Below are positions 25,590 through 39,100 of a stretch of DNA of 64,000 bases, piece after piece. The DNA lies in contig JAPETS010000018.1 of the NCBI GenBank assembly GCA_026023565.1, positions 1 to 64,000 of the forward strand. The letters are read 5' to 3'. Below the pieces are notes generated by a model. The model ran no database searches. It was not told the DNA's origin and saw nothing but the letters and a program-made list of their open reading frames with translations. Position numbers and translations under genes: made by a program. Origin of the DNA: Cirrosporium novae-zelandiae (Eukaryota). Position 1 is the first letter of the stretch, and every line of letters starts with the position of its first letter.

Positions 25590-27008
25590 CTATACCAACC
25601 TATCCACTTTCTCCCACTGTACACTTTCTGAGCCAGGCATGACATCATCGTCAGATTCAGCCTTGACTGTTACTGTTTTGATCCCCATCATCCACCCTAC
25701 AATCCCTCCAGGAACCCATCTTCCTATAAAGTCGTATGTTAAGCTTCCTCTGCCTACATGCCAGACCTTGCGAGGATGTTTCAGGGTCAGGGCATCGAAA
25801 ACGGCGTTGTTGAGCACACGCATCGAGCTTCCCTTGACCTTCGCACGGCCTTCCTGTGAGGCGTAGTTCTGAGCATACTGGTCCTTGATATTCGGGGACC
25901 ATGTGAGGAGCTCCGAGCGCTGGGGACGCCCCGCAGGTTTGTCGAACATGCCGAGCTTGAGATGGATGACCTGCACGCCTAGGGGCCCAACTTCTTTGCG
26001 CAGGCTCTCTGTGAAACCGACAAGACCCGATGTTATTGTAGTTTCAATACTGTGGAAGGGTAATGAAAGGGAAGGGGTTATGGAGGGAGTGAGTATGAGG
26101 AGGCGAGCATTAAACTCGACGATGGTTTGGAGGAAAGCTTGGGTGGTGAGAATGGGGGCGAGGAGTTTAGTGTTTAGATTGTCCGAGAAGCGATCTGGAG
26201 TAGTTGCCGAAACAGGGGCGCAAGGAAAATTAGAATCGGGGAGCATGATCACGCCGGTAAGGCGGAGGTTATGTGTTGGGGAGCCGGGGAAAGGTTGATG
26301 TGAAGATGCGAGAAGTTGGTTGAAGAGTTCGAGAGCAGATTGGACACCTAGGGGATCGGTGATGTCAAGGTGGAGGGGCCTGATGTCGACGCGAGATTCG
26401 TTATGGACGATGTTTTCTTCCTCTAAGGTGCTTACGACTATGAAGACAATGAAGCCGCGGCGTTCGAGATCCAAGGCAATAGATCGGACGAGAGGTTCAC
26501 TAGGAGAGCCAGATATGACTAAGTTGATAAGCAAGACATTATCTGAGATCTGACGAGATACGAAACCTACCGACTACCTCCCTCCTAGCGCCGTTGTTTG
26601 CTCTCCTTGCTCTTCTCTTTCGCACATAGTTTTTCCTCTGCTGGTATATCAAAAAAGTTCCCGTTCCAAGAAAAGCAACGACAGCTGCAGCCCATGCCCT
26701 ATGTCTAGATACCCAGTTTTGCAAATGCTCAAAAGGGCCCAAGGAAATAGGATCTGTCAGTGTAGGATGATGATGAATCCTTCGTGGAGGTTTGACAGAA
26801 GACGGTAGCCATGGTGAGTTCTGGATAGTTTCCCTAATGGTTATCGCTACAGATTCGACATGATCATTGATGGATTCTGCAATATCCGAAGAATACCTCT
26901 TCACATCATTCGGGATAGAGGAAAGCTATGTTCGAATCAGCGCATTGATAAGGTCGAATTGACAGAACTACCCACGACATCGAGGAAGTATTGGTCGTCA
27001 CTAGACAT
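25590..27008 (-). CDS. DUF1776-like fungal SDR/Rossmann-fold protein
   Basis: MSSDDQYFLDV start, TM segment, KRRARRANNGARREVV|VISGSPSEPLVRSIALDLERRGFIV, KGSSMRVLNNAVFDAL, VGRGSLTYDFIGRWVPGGIVGWMMG; two introns. Confidence 0.85.
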
Positions 27009-27379
27009 TGTGAGAAGCTTTATGTAGTATAATTATAAGAACAATAATATTGATAAGTGACGTTCAATGGTAACATGCTGTAGAAAGTACAGAGGGAGAA
27101 TGAGGAGTTCCCAGCTAACGAGGTTACCAGATGATGACGAGGGGAACATCGGAAGCCCCTCAGCGAAGCCAAGACCGATTTGATTATTTGGAGCTCGGGG
27201 CTTACCGGCAAGCTTAACCTTTATTTTGACCACCATATAAATTACCTTGTATTTCTAATTGACCCTCTCAAACATTTCACCATCATATCCCTCGTTACTC
27301 AAGGTCTTGTATTTATTAAATCTAAAGTCTCATAGAGTTTTGTTTGCTAGTATTTCTTTGTGACACACTTGTCCTACCA

Positions 27380-28050
27380 TTTACCTTCTACTTTATGCTG
27401 CAAGTGGAAGCAGTCCTACCTTGCTACTGGCCAAGTCCCGATGGAAACGGTACTAGGCAATAGACTATGAGGATAGCCTGTGCAATCCAGATGTTGAGGA
27501 AAGTACCTGTTGCGGAACCAATTAGCTCTATCGTTCTGATGAAGCATGCAAACTCTTTCACAAGGACGGAAGTGAATTTTACTAATTATCGGGGACCTTG
27601 TACTGATCCGACCTGGACTAGCTCTGCTTGTCTAATAAATTAGTGCATAGAGCAAAGTAAACATATTTACTAGATATCTGCTGGAATGATTTTTTACATG
27701 TTCCAGATCTTATCACTAATATTTTCTAACATAGCAACGGGACGGAGCGATTGAATAGACTAAGTGAAGTCCTACTAATAATGAAGACTAGTATTGCAGT
27801 GCTGGAAATAACTATTGCGACTGGTACGGGAACAAGTGTTATAAGTCTAGCAGAGAAACAGCCATAACTATCACCACGATGAAAACTGCCACTTCATCTA
27901 GTCTTCCTCTGCGAGTCTTCATCGACAGCAACACAGCAATCATATTCGACTTATCAGTACGGCCTTGCAATCAGTCTCGGAGTTAGACTCGTCAGCAGGA
28001 AAGAATTCAAAAGTAGGACACTCGTCGCTGATTAGTGGAGAGACACATGA
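27380..28050 (+). pseudogene. Decayed gene for a Cys-rich extracellular/cell-surface protein
   Basis: Fragments CYWPSPDGNGT (27422), CNPDVEESTCCG (27481), YRGPCTDPTWTSSACL (about 27586-27633), YCSAGNNYC, a Ser/Thr tract and a TM-like GLAISLGV, interrupted by stops and frameshifts. Confidence 0.6.
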
Positions 28051-29374
28051 ATTACCCAAGAGCCATTAAAATCGCACAACAACGATGTTGTGTGTACCTG
28101 CGTCCGTATACTACCACCTGCCGTTGGACACCCTGGTTAGAGACACAGGGAAACCTATCAATATCTACAACGGCCCAAATATTGGATGTATATTTACAAG
28201 AGGGAAATTTAGTTACGCATGAATTGGAGTTGCCTAAAGCTATGACCGTAGGTACAAATATACCTATTACTGGGTAGAATCATTCAACCTTAAACCGTAT
28301 TAGGGGTTTAGGGGTTTGTGCTGAATATTGATTTATTCGAGTTGGACTCGAAAGGTCATGCTAACTTCTAAAAGCTCGGGAGAACATTAAAAGCAAATTG
28401 CAATAAAGCCTCCTTTTCAATATCAAAATTGTATCTCCCCTTGGTACTACGCTGGATTGTTTGTGTTGCGTATAAAGAACCGGTTTTCCTTAGGTACCTC
28501 GAAGCTTCCGTCTCCACGACTCTACCTTATGTCTCGCGACACCCACAAATTCAAGAAGATAGGAGGGCATTTCAAGTTAGATATGAGCCACATGCTATTT
28601 GACCTGGTATAGTGTATCCATCCTCTACCAAAATACCTCAAAGATTTATCTTCTCTTTTCCGAATGGGTATTTACATTCGGGCTAACGGGTCTTGATGAT
28701 GCGGATTTGATCCAAGCTGATCTCAAAATATTTACTTACCCTTTATTGATATTCTTCCAACGAAACATATGCTGGATCCTGACAGTTACGATGTCTTTGT
28801 TGACTCATATTTTCAGCATGATTATCTGACTTTTCTTGTTTCTATACCCTCCCAAGTTTACTGCTGCACCATCGCATCTACGTGATGCTTCACAAACCGA
28901 GTAGTGATATTAATTGTGTGTTCCTGCTATTTGCTAAGGGGGTTTTGCCAAAACAACTCGGTCGTACACGTTACATGTTATCCCTGTCCGGTCCGACACT
29001 GTGCCTTTTTCCTCTTTCCTTTTTTTAAAACCATACCAAGCGGACTGTTTCCGTAGATCTACTATCCAATTCGCTCAAGCTCACCATCATCTTGATCAAT
29101 TGAGGAAACAACGACGGAACGGAAAGGCATAGCCTATTTGCTGATACCTGCTCCTAGATGCACCTTCCTCCCAACAATCAAGCCATTTGTGTCCAGTTCC
29201 CTCTACGTGCTCCAATGCTATTACTCGATCTGTGCAGCAGAAACAGTACAAATCAACTTCCTTTCCTAATCTATGAACTATGATGTCTCTTGGCTATGTG
29301 TCGTTCTTTAGCCATCCATCCATTCGCTCGAGGCTCTATTTGGTCTTATTCTCACCCATTCTAGGGTTCTAGCC

Positions 29375-30922
29375 ATGTCTACTGCACATAAACGACTTCT
29401 GACTTCTTTATTTATTTTTTTCTCCTCCTGTCTTGGATTCGTCTATTTTCGATATACCTTATCCCCTATTTACCGATCCCAATCGGTGGTTCATATGCCA
29501 GTGCCATTAAATACGTACTGTCCACAGCAACCCACACTACCACCAGAAATATTGCCATGCCCCAATACAACGTGCCCGGATACATCTTGCCCGAATACAT
29601 CTTGCCCGAATATAACTTGCCTTGAATGTCCAAACTTCCCCAAAAATCTACAAGACCCTAGATGCGAAGCGTTTCCAGATCCTGGGGATCTACTAATTGT
29701 GGTGAAAACTGGAGCTACTGAAGCGTACGCAAAACTCCCGGTGCAGCTTGTAACCAATCTTCAATGTGCCAAAAACTTTCTCATTTTCTCCGATTTGGAA
29801 CAAGATATTGGGAAATACCACCTTTATGATGCACTGGACAACGTGAGCGCAAATGTCAAGTATGAACATCCTGATTTTCAGCTATATTGGAAACAAAAGG
29901 AGTATTATGCAAATGGAGAGGATATCAGTTCCTTGAAGGTAAACAATGCTGGTTGGAATTTGGATAAATTCAAGTTCCTTCACATGATGGAGAAGACATG
30001 GAGTATGCAACCTCACTACAATTGGTACTTCTTCATGGAGGCCGATACCTATATTATATGGTCAAATCTCCTAACATGGCTAAAACAATTTGATCCAATA
30101 ATGCCTCTATACGTTGGCTCTCCAACGCAAATCAGTGACACTGCATTCGCCCATGGTGGAAGTGGCTATTTACTCTCGGGAGCTACTATGCAGCGATTAG
30201 CGGATGATCCAGGAATCGGACAAAGATATGACAGTCAGATGTTAGGAACATGCTGTGGAGATCACATGCTTGGAATCGCACTTCGGGAGAAGGGCGTTCA
30301 GCTTGGTTCAGCATGGCCAATGATAAATGGTGAGAAGGGCCGTACATTACCGTACGCAAGAGACCAATGGTGTCAACCTCTTATTACAATGCACCATGTA
30401 AATCCTGAAGAAATGAGTCAAATGTGGAAGTTTGAGCAGCGAAGGAAGAATTTTGAAGTCAGGACTCTTCCTAACCATACAACCCCCCTGAATTCTCGTG
30501 TAGCTAACACCTTGGCGAAGAATCCACTTCTTATCCACGAACTGTTCGAGTTCGCCATGGAACCTAAACTTTCCCCTTTACTAGATGACTGGGACAATCT
30601 TTCCGACGATATACGGTACCAATCTCCTCAAATAATGGATGACTCCAAGTCCAAGCTATGGAATGAGATGTCTGAAATCGAAAGAAAGGCTCACGAGTCT
30701 TTCGATGCCTGTAGGGTTGCCTGCAAGGCAGATATCAATTGCTTCCAGTGGTTGTATCACGGCAATACGTGCAAGTTCTCGAAATCTTTCAAGTTGGGCT
30801 ACAAAAAATATATCGACGACGGAGGAAGTTACCGATCCGGATGGGATGTGGATAAAATACAGAGATTTAAGGTAGAGCATTTACCTTGTCAGCAACCTGA
30901 TTGGGTTAATACTAAGTATTAA
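29375..30922 (+). CDS. Glycosyltransferase family 31 (Fringe-like) type II membrane protein
   Basis: N-terminal TM; VVKTGATEAY, FSDLEQDIG, GWNLDKFKFL, WYFFMEADTY (DxD-like), FAHGGSGYLLS, CCGDHMLG, WCQPLITMHH; probable in-frame intron at about 30458-30520. Confidence 0.88.
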   Translation: MSTAHKRLLTSLFIFFSSCLGFVYFRYTLSPIYRSQSVVHMPVPLNTYCPQQPTLPPEILPCPNTTCPDTSCPNTSCPNITCLECPNFPKNLQDPRCEAFPDPGDLLIVVKTGATEAYAKLPVQLVTNLQCAKNFLIFSDLEQDIGKYHLYDALDNVSANVKYEHPDFQLYWKQKEYYANGEDISSLKVNNAGWNLDKFKFLHMMEKTWSMQPHYNWYFFMEADTYIIWSNLLTWLKQFDPIMPLYVGSPTQISDTAFAHGGSGYLLSGATMQRLADDPGIGQRYDSQMLGTCCGDHMLGIALREKGVQLGSAWPMINGEKGRTLPYARDQWCQPLITMHHVNPEEMSQMWKFEQRRKNFEVRTLPNHTTPLNSRVANTLAKNPLLIHELFEFAMEPKLSPLLDDWDNLSDDIRYQSPQIMDDSKSKLWNEMSEIERKAHESFDACRVACKADINCFQWLYHGNTCKFSKSFKLGYKKYIDDGGSYRSGWDVDKIQRFKVEHLPCQQPDWVNTKY

Positions 30923-31417
30923 CTATGCCAAGTTAACTCATTATGAGAAGCTTTGTATCAGGGGATAAGGAATTGGGGGAAATGAGTTTTACTTGGTGTG
31001 TTCATGAAATGTGGTGTAGATAGGTCAGGAGCACGAAATCATAGCGCTAGTAAGAGGGTTAGCTGGTTCCGAGTACCGATGAGTAATTGTTTGCTATACT
31101 GAATGGTAGTGATGAGTTGACTATTGTTGGTGTGCAAGTTCAAGGGCACAAAAATCATAAAAAGGCAGTTAAATGAATTCTAGGAATAATAGTTGATGTC
31201 TCCATTAGTATATGCACTTTCAGAGGAACACTCAAATAGAATGAGCGTTCTTATAATTGCCATCTCAGGTATTTCATTGTCTAGCTTAGTAACTTATCAA
31301 CTTTTGAGGTAAACAGCGCCTGTGTTCCATCCGGGAACCAATTGCTATAGACGAAACGCCATTGCCATACTTTTTGAACTCACAAGAGGTATCGTAGACC
31401 AATGCACTAAGTAAAAT

Positions 31418-32503
31418 TCATGACGATACATCATCAGTTTTTGGTACACCAGTTCCTCCTTCCTCCCCGCCCTGGCCAGATTTATGCTTCCTCTTTCTTT
31501 TTCTCCGTTTCGTTTCCCCTTCTCCCTCTTCACGTGAGGGCGGCGTCCCATCGGTAGGTTGTTTCTCATGCACAGAGACTTCATCAGTCTTTACTAATTT
31601 CGCCTCTCCCTTGGTATTTTCTTGTTTCCTTGCTAACACTTCCAGTCCCTCATTCACCTTTTTCTTGGATTTCTTAACACTCAGTGGATTTGGTTCTTTG
31701 GGGCCCTTTTGCTTTCTCTTCTTCTTGATAGGCTCTTCTTCCTGTGTGTTTTGTGCCTCTGGCCCATCCTTCTCTTCGGCGGCCCCCTCGCCGTTTTCTC
31801 GCTTTCTCTTCACTCCACCAGCCCCCCTCCTCTTTCCCTTGATACCTTCCCTAAACTTTCCCCTCTCTAGCCCATCTCTGAACTTTTCTGTCGCGTCTGC
31901 CATTGGCTCCATGACCATCACGCTCTTCTTAATATACACAAGTGGCACTCCTGGTATCTCTCTCAGATCCCTCCGTAGTTCTTGTTCCTGTGTAGCAACC
32001 ACGAGTCGATGCTTGTTCACTCGATTGGATTTGGTATCGACGACAGAGGTGATGCAGTCAAGTTCTGAGAGCGGTTCGGGGAGCTCGTGGTGGTTACAAC
32101 GACGGCGTTCGTACGATTTTGCAATGTCGACGATGTGCGGGGAGGGAGGGTCAAGCTTGTAGAGGTGGCGCATGGAGCATTGTGTTATCACTGTGAAAAA
32201 TCTGGTCAGTGAGGTCTCGGGGAGGTTTGTAAAATAAATATTGAGAGCGTTTATATACTTGGCTTGACTTTTCCATGTAATGTTCTTTCTAGTCCTCCAA
32301 CGAGATCCATCTTGAAGCGCTCGGCATCCTGGATTATCTGTGCATCGACTATGATATCAATAGTATATGTTAGCTTCAGAAGATTATTGTAAAGGGCATG
32401 TTATCAAAATCATACGCAGGACTTGATATGGTTCTCGGAAGCCGAAGTGCAGCGCATATTGCTGCATCAGCTTCCGATATTGTTTCGATCGCTTTCCTCT
32501 CAT
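31418..32503 (-). CDS. UTP23: rRNA-processing protein Utp23 (PIN/Fcf1 family)
   Basis: MRGKRSKQYRKLMQQYALHFGFREPYQVL|VDAQII, LERTLHGKVKP, ITQCSMRHLY, ERRRCNH, LREIPGVPLVY, KGPKEPNPLSVKKSKKK; two introns. Confidence 0.95.
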
Positions 32504-34569
32504 AATGAACAGAGGAGAGGGTTAATCGTTGTTATGAAAGTGGGGTTCTCATTGATTGATATAAGGAAACGAGATTCAAGATTGTTGAATTGGCAGCTTG
32601 TAACTCATTGGAGCTTGGTTAATTAATTTTTTTGAAGATGGGGAAATGCGACGCTAACCGAGCTTTGCTATTTACCACCAACTTAGCATGATGATTCAAC
32701 TCTTAAGAATACTCATTATTATTTTCACAATACTTTGAGTCAGAAGCTAACTACCAAAGAAGTGATGGTTCTCTACTCTTCCCTATAATCATAAGTCTCA
32801 CTACATCTCTTATTCAAATTTGCTTCTCACCACTACAGCTAAGGACTTATAGCACTCTCTCAATCAGTTGAAATCATTTTTGAAGATAATCATTAATACA
32901 ATAACCATGGATTCGAAAATATTTTTTTCATTACTAACGTAGTTTCAAGTTAGCTAGCTAAAGCCACTACCAGTAGCCTCTCACAATAACTGAAGATGTG
33001 TTTAGGCGTAATAGTGATTGAGCATTTCCTTTTTTGGTATGACATGTCCTGGTATAAAACCTAGTTGGCCCCCTAACAATTTCTATCTTTCCTTGAATAT
33101 CCATAATTAACATTTGACTTTTGAATCTATTATCCAAGGACGCAATGAATATACAACTGGGGTTTCTTATAGCGCTTGCCGTTTGCATCGGAAACGCAAC
33201 ACCACTTAACCCCCGAGACACTGTGTTGCTGTCATGTACATGCCATTCCACCATTCGCGATTGTCTTGCAGCATGCAACACTGCTTCACGTTCTCCACTC
33301 TATCATTCTAGACCGAAGACCTAGTACACAGGCACTTATCGCATCTACCACAACAACAGTATACAAACCTACATACAAAACTATCAACAAAATAACGGCC
33401 ACTACTATAAAATTGTCAGCTAAACCGATTCCGAAAACAGCTTTCCCAGTAACTACCACAATGATCTTATAAATCTGCCCTATATAAGCATGTTTGGATA
33501 GAAAGTGATTATCATTTTCACAGTACACTGATAGCTGAGATTTACGAGAGCGCTAACAAAGGATCCGTAGAACTTATTGAGAATATGAGGTTTTTCTATG
33601 TGTTCACATATCTATGCTATTTAATACATATGCACCTTTACGATTGAAAGGGATTACAAACTGGCAAAGAGATCGCAGGTCTTAGGGGTCATTGCTACTG
33701 AAACCCCTAAGTCACTAAAAATAGTGTTAGGCTCTGTTTTCTCGCCGTGGAGCTAAACATGCATGTCCTAAGCATAGTTGAGCTATGCTGACTTGAAATT
33801 TGCTCCTTAGATATTTTTCCCCATTCGTGGCTCCTTAGATAGAGGACAGGAGTGACATGAGTTTTTATTCAGTTGCCGTGCATTAAATTTTATAACACCA
33901 AGGTGCTACGTCATATTCATTCTACCATCTTAGCTATCTTACCTAGGTATCTAGCATATTACTCTATTAACCACAGCATTTCACAGAACCTCATACCTTC
34001 TAAAGATCTCACACTAATCTAAGAACTCAGCTAAAGCAGTACACCCAAACCCCAATTGGAGTAGCATCTTCTCTCATTCAAAACTATTAGACTGAACATA
34101 CGACACTAGGAAATCTTATTCTAGATCAAAGCGCCCTGGTATCAGAGGGAGCTATAGTAACATTCATAACCATAATGACCTGTCTTGGAATAGGAGAAGT
34201 TTAAATAGTACATCTTGTTATAAAAAATTATCAACCACCTTTCATGGCTTATATAACTAGTCTAGTTACTAGGGGAAATGAAATTGGAAAGGTAATCCCT
34301 ATGTCTGTTAGCATACAGTTGGAGCTTTATTCCTGAAACAATCAATCAACTATGTAGGTAGGCCTACGACAATCACATCGTGAAGAGGCCCTAATTGAAA
34401 CAATGACCAGAATAGATAGACAAGGCAGCAAGGTCAACAGCCTTTGAATCTAATCTAACCAAGTCGATAAACCCCACCAATTTTCCACAAGTAAAAAAAC
34501 CAAAAAAATATGTTCAAGATCCTACACCTTTCTTACACAAAAACAAAAAAATTGTCTGAAGACAGGATT

Positions 34570-34707
34570 TGAACCCGACCCGATTTGAACGGATAACCTA
34601 TTAAAGTTGAATGTTAGCCAATTGTTGTACAGGTATTCGTTTTAACCTGTTGGGTGAATTTACCTTCTGATCTGGAGTCAACTGCGCTACCGTTGCGCCA
34701 CGGGTCC
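34570..34707 (-). tRNA. tRNA-Trp(CCA), copy 1, with a 66-nt insert (34598-34663) in the variable loop
   Basis: Exons GGACCCGTGGCGCAACGGTAGCGCAGTTGACTCCAGATCAGAAG + GTTATCCGTTCAAATCGGGTCGGGTTCA (44+28=72 nt) fold into a cloverleaf with A and B boxes; T-run terminator downstream. Confidence 0.92.
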
Positions 34708-34773
34708 CTTTACTTGTTGAAGTTGAAGAAGATTATTTCCTATTTTTAACCCCTTCTTCAAAATGCAATTTTT

Positions 34774-34796
34774 GGGGGGGGGGGGGGGGGGGGGGG
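34774..34796. repeat. Poly-G tract (23 nt)
   Basis: Read directly; similar tracts at 1-21 (poly-C) and about 935-948. Confidence 0.9.
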
Positions 34797-36152
34797 ATGG
34801 CATGATTTCTTGTTTTGTAATATATTAATTGAGGTTATTTACCTGTATTTTTGGGGATTAGCGCCCATGCGAGTGTGTGTTTTGTTTTGGAACCTTATTA
34901 GGTTTGGTTGGAAAGTCTTATCTTATCATCATGTGAACAACAAAGTTGTACGGATAATGATATTCCCCTTATCCTATCTATTTTTTATTTTGAATGTGGA
35001 ACTAACTGATACTATTTCAATTATCAAAAACACGTTGATGATGAAAAACCCACTAACCGCTTGAACACATGGCCTTGCTCTCTCTTTTAAAAAATACCCA
35101 AGCTCCAGAAGCTTCATATGAGCTTGGTGTTGTGTGCGCGCGTGCGTGTGTGTATGTGTGTGTGCTTCTTACAAGAGGAAAATCACACGACTGATTTTTT
35201 TTCATTAAGATGTTAGTTTTTTTTGTAGCTATTGTTGCAAAGGTACAGTAACAAACAAGAGAGAATTTGTTGTTGCTTTCTTACAATATATATACGCCTT
35301 CCTTTGTTTTACGAAATATTCACACTTTAAAGAATGGCCTATCTTTGTTATTATTGGATACTGCATGTCTTCGAGGGAACAAAGTGAAAAAGAGGGTGGA
35401 TATTACTATTATGATAAATATTGGTAAGTTACATAGATAGGAAATATGTATGCAGCCGACTCCTTCATGGTCTTTTGAGGACTAATAGGTTATAATCGGC
35501 TACTTACTTTTATCCTTTTCTTATATATGCTACTCGTTCTTTGTTAAACGATACGATATATGCTTTTGACTTCAATCTGCTACACTCTGGTCTGAGCATC
35601 GCTATCAACGATTGGTTCTCTCCAAGCCCATAAAAAATGCCCCAGCTAGAGTTAGGCGAGCTGAGTGAAGTCAATAATAGGTATACCGCTAGACTTACGA
35701 TGACCTATATCCTACGAGACTTGTTAGAGTGCCGAGTTGACTTATGCGACAGGATGGGCTGCCTTATCCTTACTAAATCTTAGCTACTATGATAACGTGT
35801 GTCTAGGCTAGCCCTTCTATGTAGGCTAGGACATAGAAATGCATAACAGAAAAAAATTGGGATATTCTATGGCGCAACAACGGGTGGAATAACTGAACCA
35901 AGGGTTTGAAAAAAGCGATAAAAAGATCAATGGTTCCCATGATAAATAATAATTCCTAACCATGCTTCTCTACTTCTTTGGCATGATGAAATCTAGGGAC
36001 AATTCAACCTACCAAGAGTCGCACAACACTACCAAAGTCCCACAGCAGAATATCCAATGCCCTGCAGAGTCTTTTCTAAAACTCATCGTATTCTAGACCG
36101 TTCCGATACCAAATATGAGACTAGACTTACCCATCCTTACGCCGCTCAAAAT

Positions 36153-39100
36153 TCAAAAGGTATCAGAAGTTAGATCCTCACGATCCCCTGACTCGACATC
36201 ATTCCCTCTCGAATTATTTTCTGGCTTTCTTCTCAGGGATAACATTGGCTGCATTGATTCTTTCATTCTTCGAGGAATATTTCCAAACCTAGACAATCTT
36301 TTAGTGTTTGGGATCCTTATAGAACGCATGCAAAATGAGATGGCTTTGAAATCTTTTACCCACAGCCAAATATTTTTAGATCCGAACGATCTTCCAGTAT
36401 CATGAACCCTTATATGAAGGACCGCATAAAGTATGATAGCTGTGATGGAAAGCGCAACTGCAGCAGTTATAACCATCGAGATGACAAGTTTGTGGTCCGG
36501 AACACTGCCCATACTGAAAATGCTTGTAGCAAGTCCTACAGGTAAGAAAAACACCGTTGTATATGTGAAAAGTTGAATGTTTTCAGCTTCTCGAAGAGAT
36601 GTGTCGGCGCGTAGGCCATCTTGGATGCTTTGGACCAAGGTGATAAGAAACTCAATCCGGCTTTTCTGAGTCTTGAGCTTGCTGATACTTCTTCCATTAA
36701 AGGCAAGTTGTCGATTGATAGTACGTCGGTACTTCGTTTCATCGCTCCGTGTCCACCTGGGTTGTTCGTAACCACGGACCTTTTCTCGATTCTCCCAAGA
36801 GTCTATATACTCTAAAATTGAGGCAAAGTTACTCTTCAAGGTAATCAACACTCGTAGAAGTTCTTGGAGATCTTCGATCTTGTAGGCATTGAGACTGAGT
36901 TTGCGGGAAGGGTTCTTTTTCCCGACTCCACATGTTTCCTCAGTCTCGTTGATGAATTTTTTGGCGTTCTCAGAGATCACTACCAAAATGCGATCGAAAA
37001 GGATGAGCTCCGATATCTTTCTTTGCTGCCAATGGTCGTGGTTGAGGCCTTTCTCCCAGAATCTCTCGTTCTCGCTAGGCGGGGGATTTAATTCTGATAA
37101 TTCACCATCCTCAATCTCACGATCTTCTGCTTTCAATGGTTCACTCTTCGCAATATTACGATTTGTGTTCTCAATAATATAAGAAGTCCAATATCGGTCG
37201 AAAAAATCCCCAACAATTCGAAAGCCCATAGTAGCTTCAGAAATATGAAAGCTTATACCATTAGGAAACGAAAATATCGTTCTTTTAGTGGAAAGTGTAT
37301 CTTGGTCACTTTGAACAAGTTCGGATTTTACGAACAGATAATAATTGAGATGAAGTTCTGTCTCCCAAGTATTCAAAGCAGCCGTTGCGTTGTCAATGAA
37401 GAATCCTCTAAGACTCATATGTCGGTCAAAGAATTGGGAAAGGTGTTCCCTTTCCACTTCTGGTGAAGTCAGATAACAGATTAAAGCGGTTTTGCGATCT
37501 GCTCCATCGAGATATATAACCCGTTTCTTGATAGTGTCTGCCGTACGCTTTTCATTTAACTTTTCCCAAATCTCCCTATGTGAAAAATAGGACTTTGCTG
37601 AAAAGGGCATGCTACTGCCTTCTCTCTTTCCTTTGTGTTGGTGCTTTGGGATATCGCATATCGCAACTCTCCCACTTTGAAAGGTTTCATTGTTAAAGTA
37701 ATTTCCAGTCACAATGCTGTTTGCTGTACAGTTCTTATCGGAGCAAATATTGGTAATGATCCCTCCACATCTATCCTTTAGTTCCTCTAAAGCCTTACCG
37801 ACATCCTTTAAGGTCTGTGGGGGTTTAAAATCTAGAAATCTGGGATAGTTGTACAACCATTCTTCAGAAATCTCGACGATGTTACTTGAATCTAGAAATT
37901 TAGAGGATAGCATACGTCGTTTGAAAGAAGAGGGTATAGAGACAACACTGCCATCGTTCCGAATGCCTAGATTCCTGTCTGTAGCTATCGACATTTTTTT
38001 TCCCTAGTCCGCTACTCTCTTCTTTATCAGATAACAGTGGATTATATTCGATATCATTTGGGTTGGGCGAGGAATGCATTAGAGGATTGGTTATTACCAG
38101 CTGGCGTTTTGACTGCCTATCCGGAGTTAGATGAGGCATAGGTCTATCTATTGTGATCTCAAAGTTCAGGCTGGGTTTTTTGTTGACTTCTTGTTTAGAT
38201 ACCAAGAGTAAGATATAAGGGATCTCGAACCCGGCGTGAAAGTAAAAATCCCGGTATATCTCGTGGTCAAAAACCCTTGGTTCTTTGGTCTCTTCGTCTA
38301 TCTGGCCTGGAAAGCATCCGTTTGCAGCAGCGGAGTCAAATAGGATTTGTCGAGCATGGCCAATAATTTTAGATGGGGTATACTGTCTGTCTAGCCTATG
38401 GCCCTTAATGCCCATTAAAATAGCTAGAGCATAACGTAATGGATTGTTCCACAACGATTCATCATTTTCATATTCATAAAGTTGTTGGTAATCGATAAGA
38501 TTGTGCCATAAATTGGAATGAGGTTCATCTGAAAAGAAACCTTGATCCATCCCGTAGTATAGTACGGTATCACGTGAGTGAAACAAAAATCGGGTCTCTT
38601 GAGCGGACCGAGTAACACTAAGCATTCTTTTTCTTGATACATCGTTCTCGGTAGTGAACCTCCTCAGAATCTGCTTCTTGGTTTCAGCCGGAGTATATGC
38701 CCATTGTTCATTATTGGAGATATCAACTTGACGGTTTCTTTTTCTTGTACCCCCGAGGTGACTTCTTAGTTTTACAAACTCTTCTAAGACGGGGTTCGGT
38801 GAGGAAATGGATAGTTTTTCAGCTCTTAAAATCAATTTCTCGATAGAATCTAGAGCCATCCAGATCCACACATGATCATCCAAGCGATATGTAGCGATTA
38901 CTGGATTGGTGTTGCGTGGCCATGTGAGAGCGAGACGATTTTTGGTCTTGTTTAATTGCTTGAACCAAGCCTTTACAAGCGAGCCAAGCCATCTCGTCAC
39001 ATATATAAAATCATTCTTTGTTTTGAATACTTCTAAGTATTCGAAAGCTTTTAGGATTTGCACCGGTGTGCTCACCGGCGTGTTAGCTGGCAAGGTTGTT

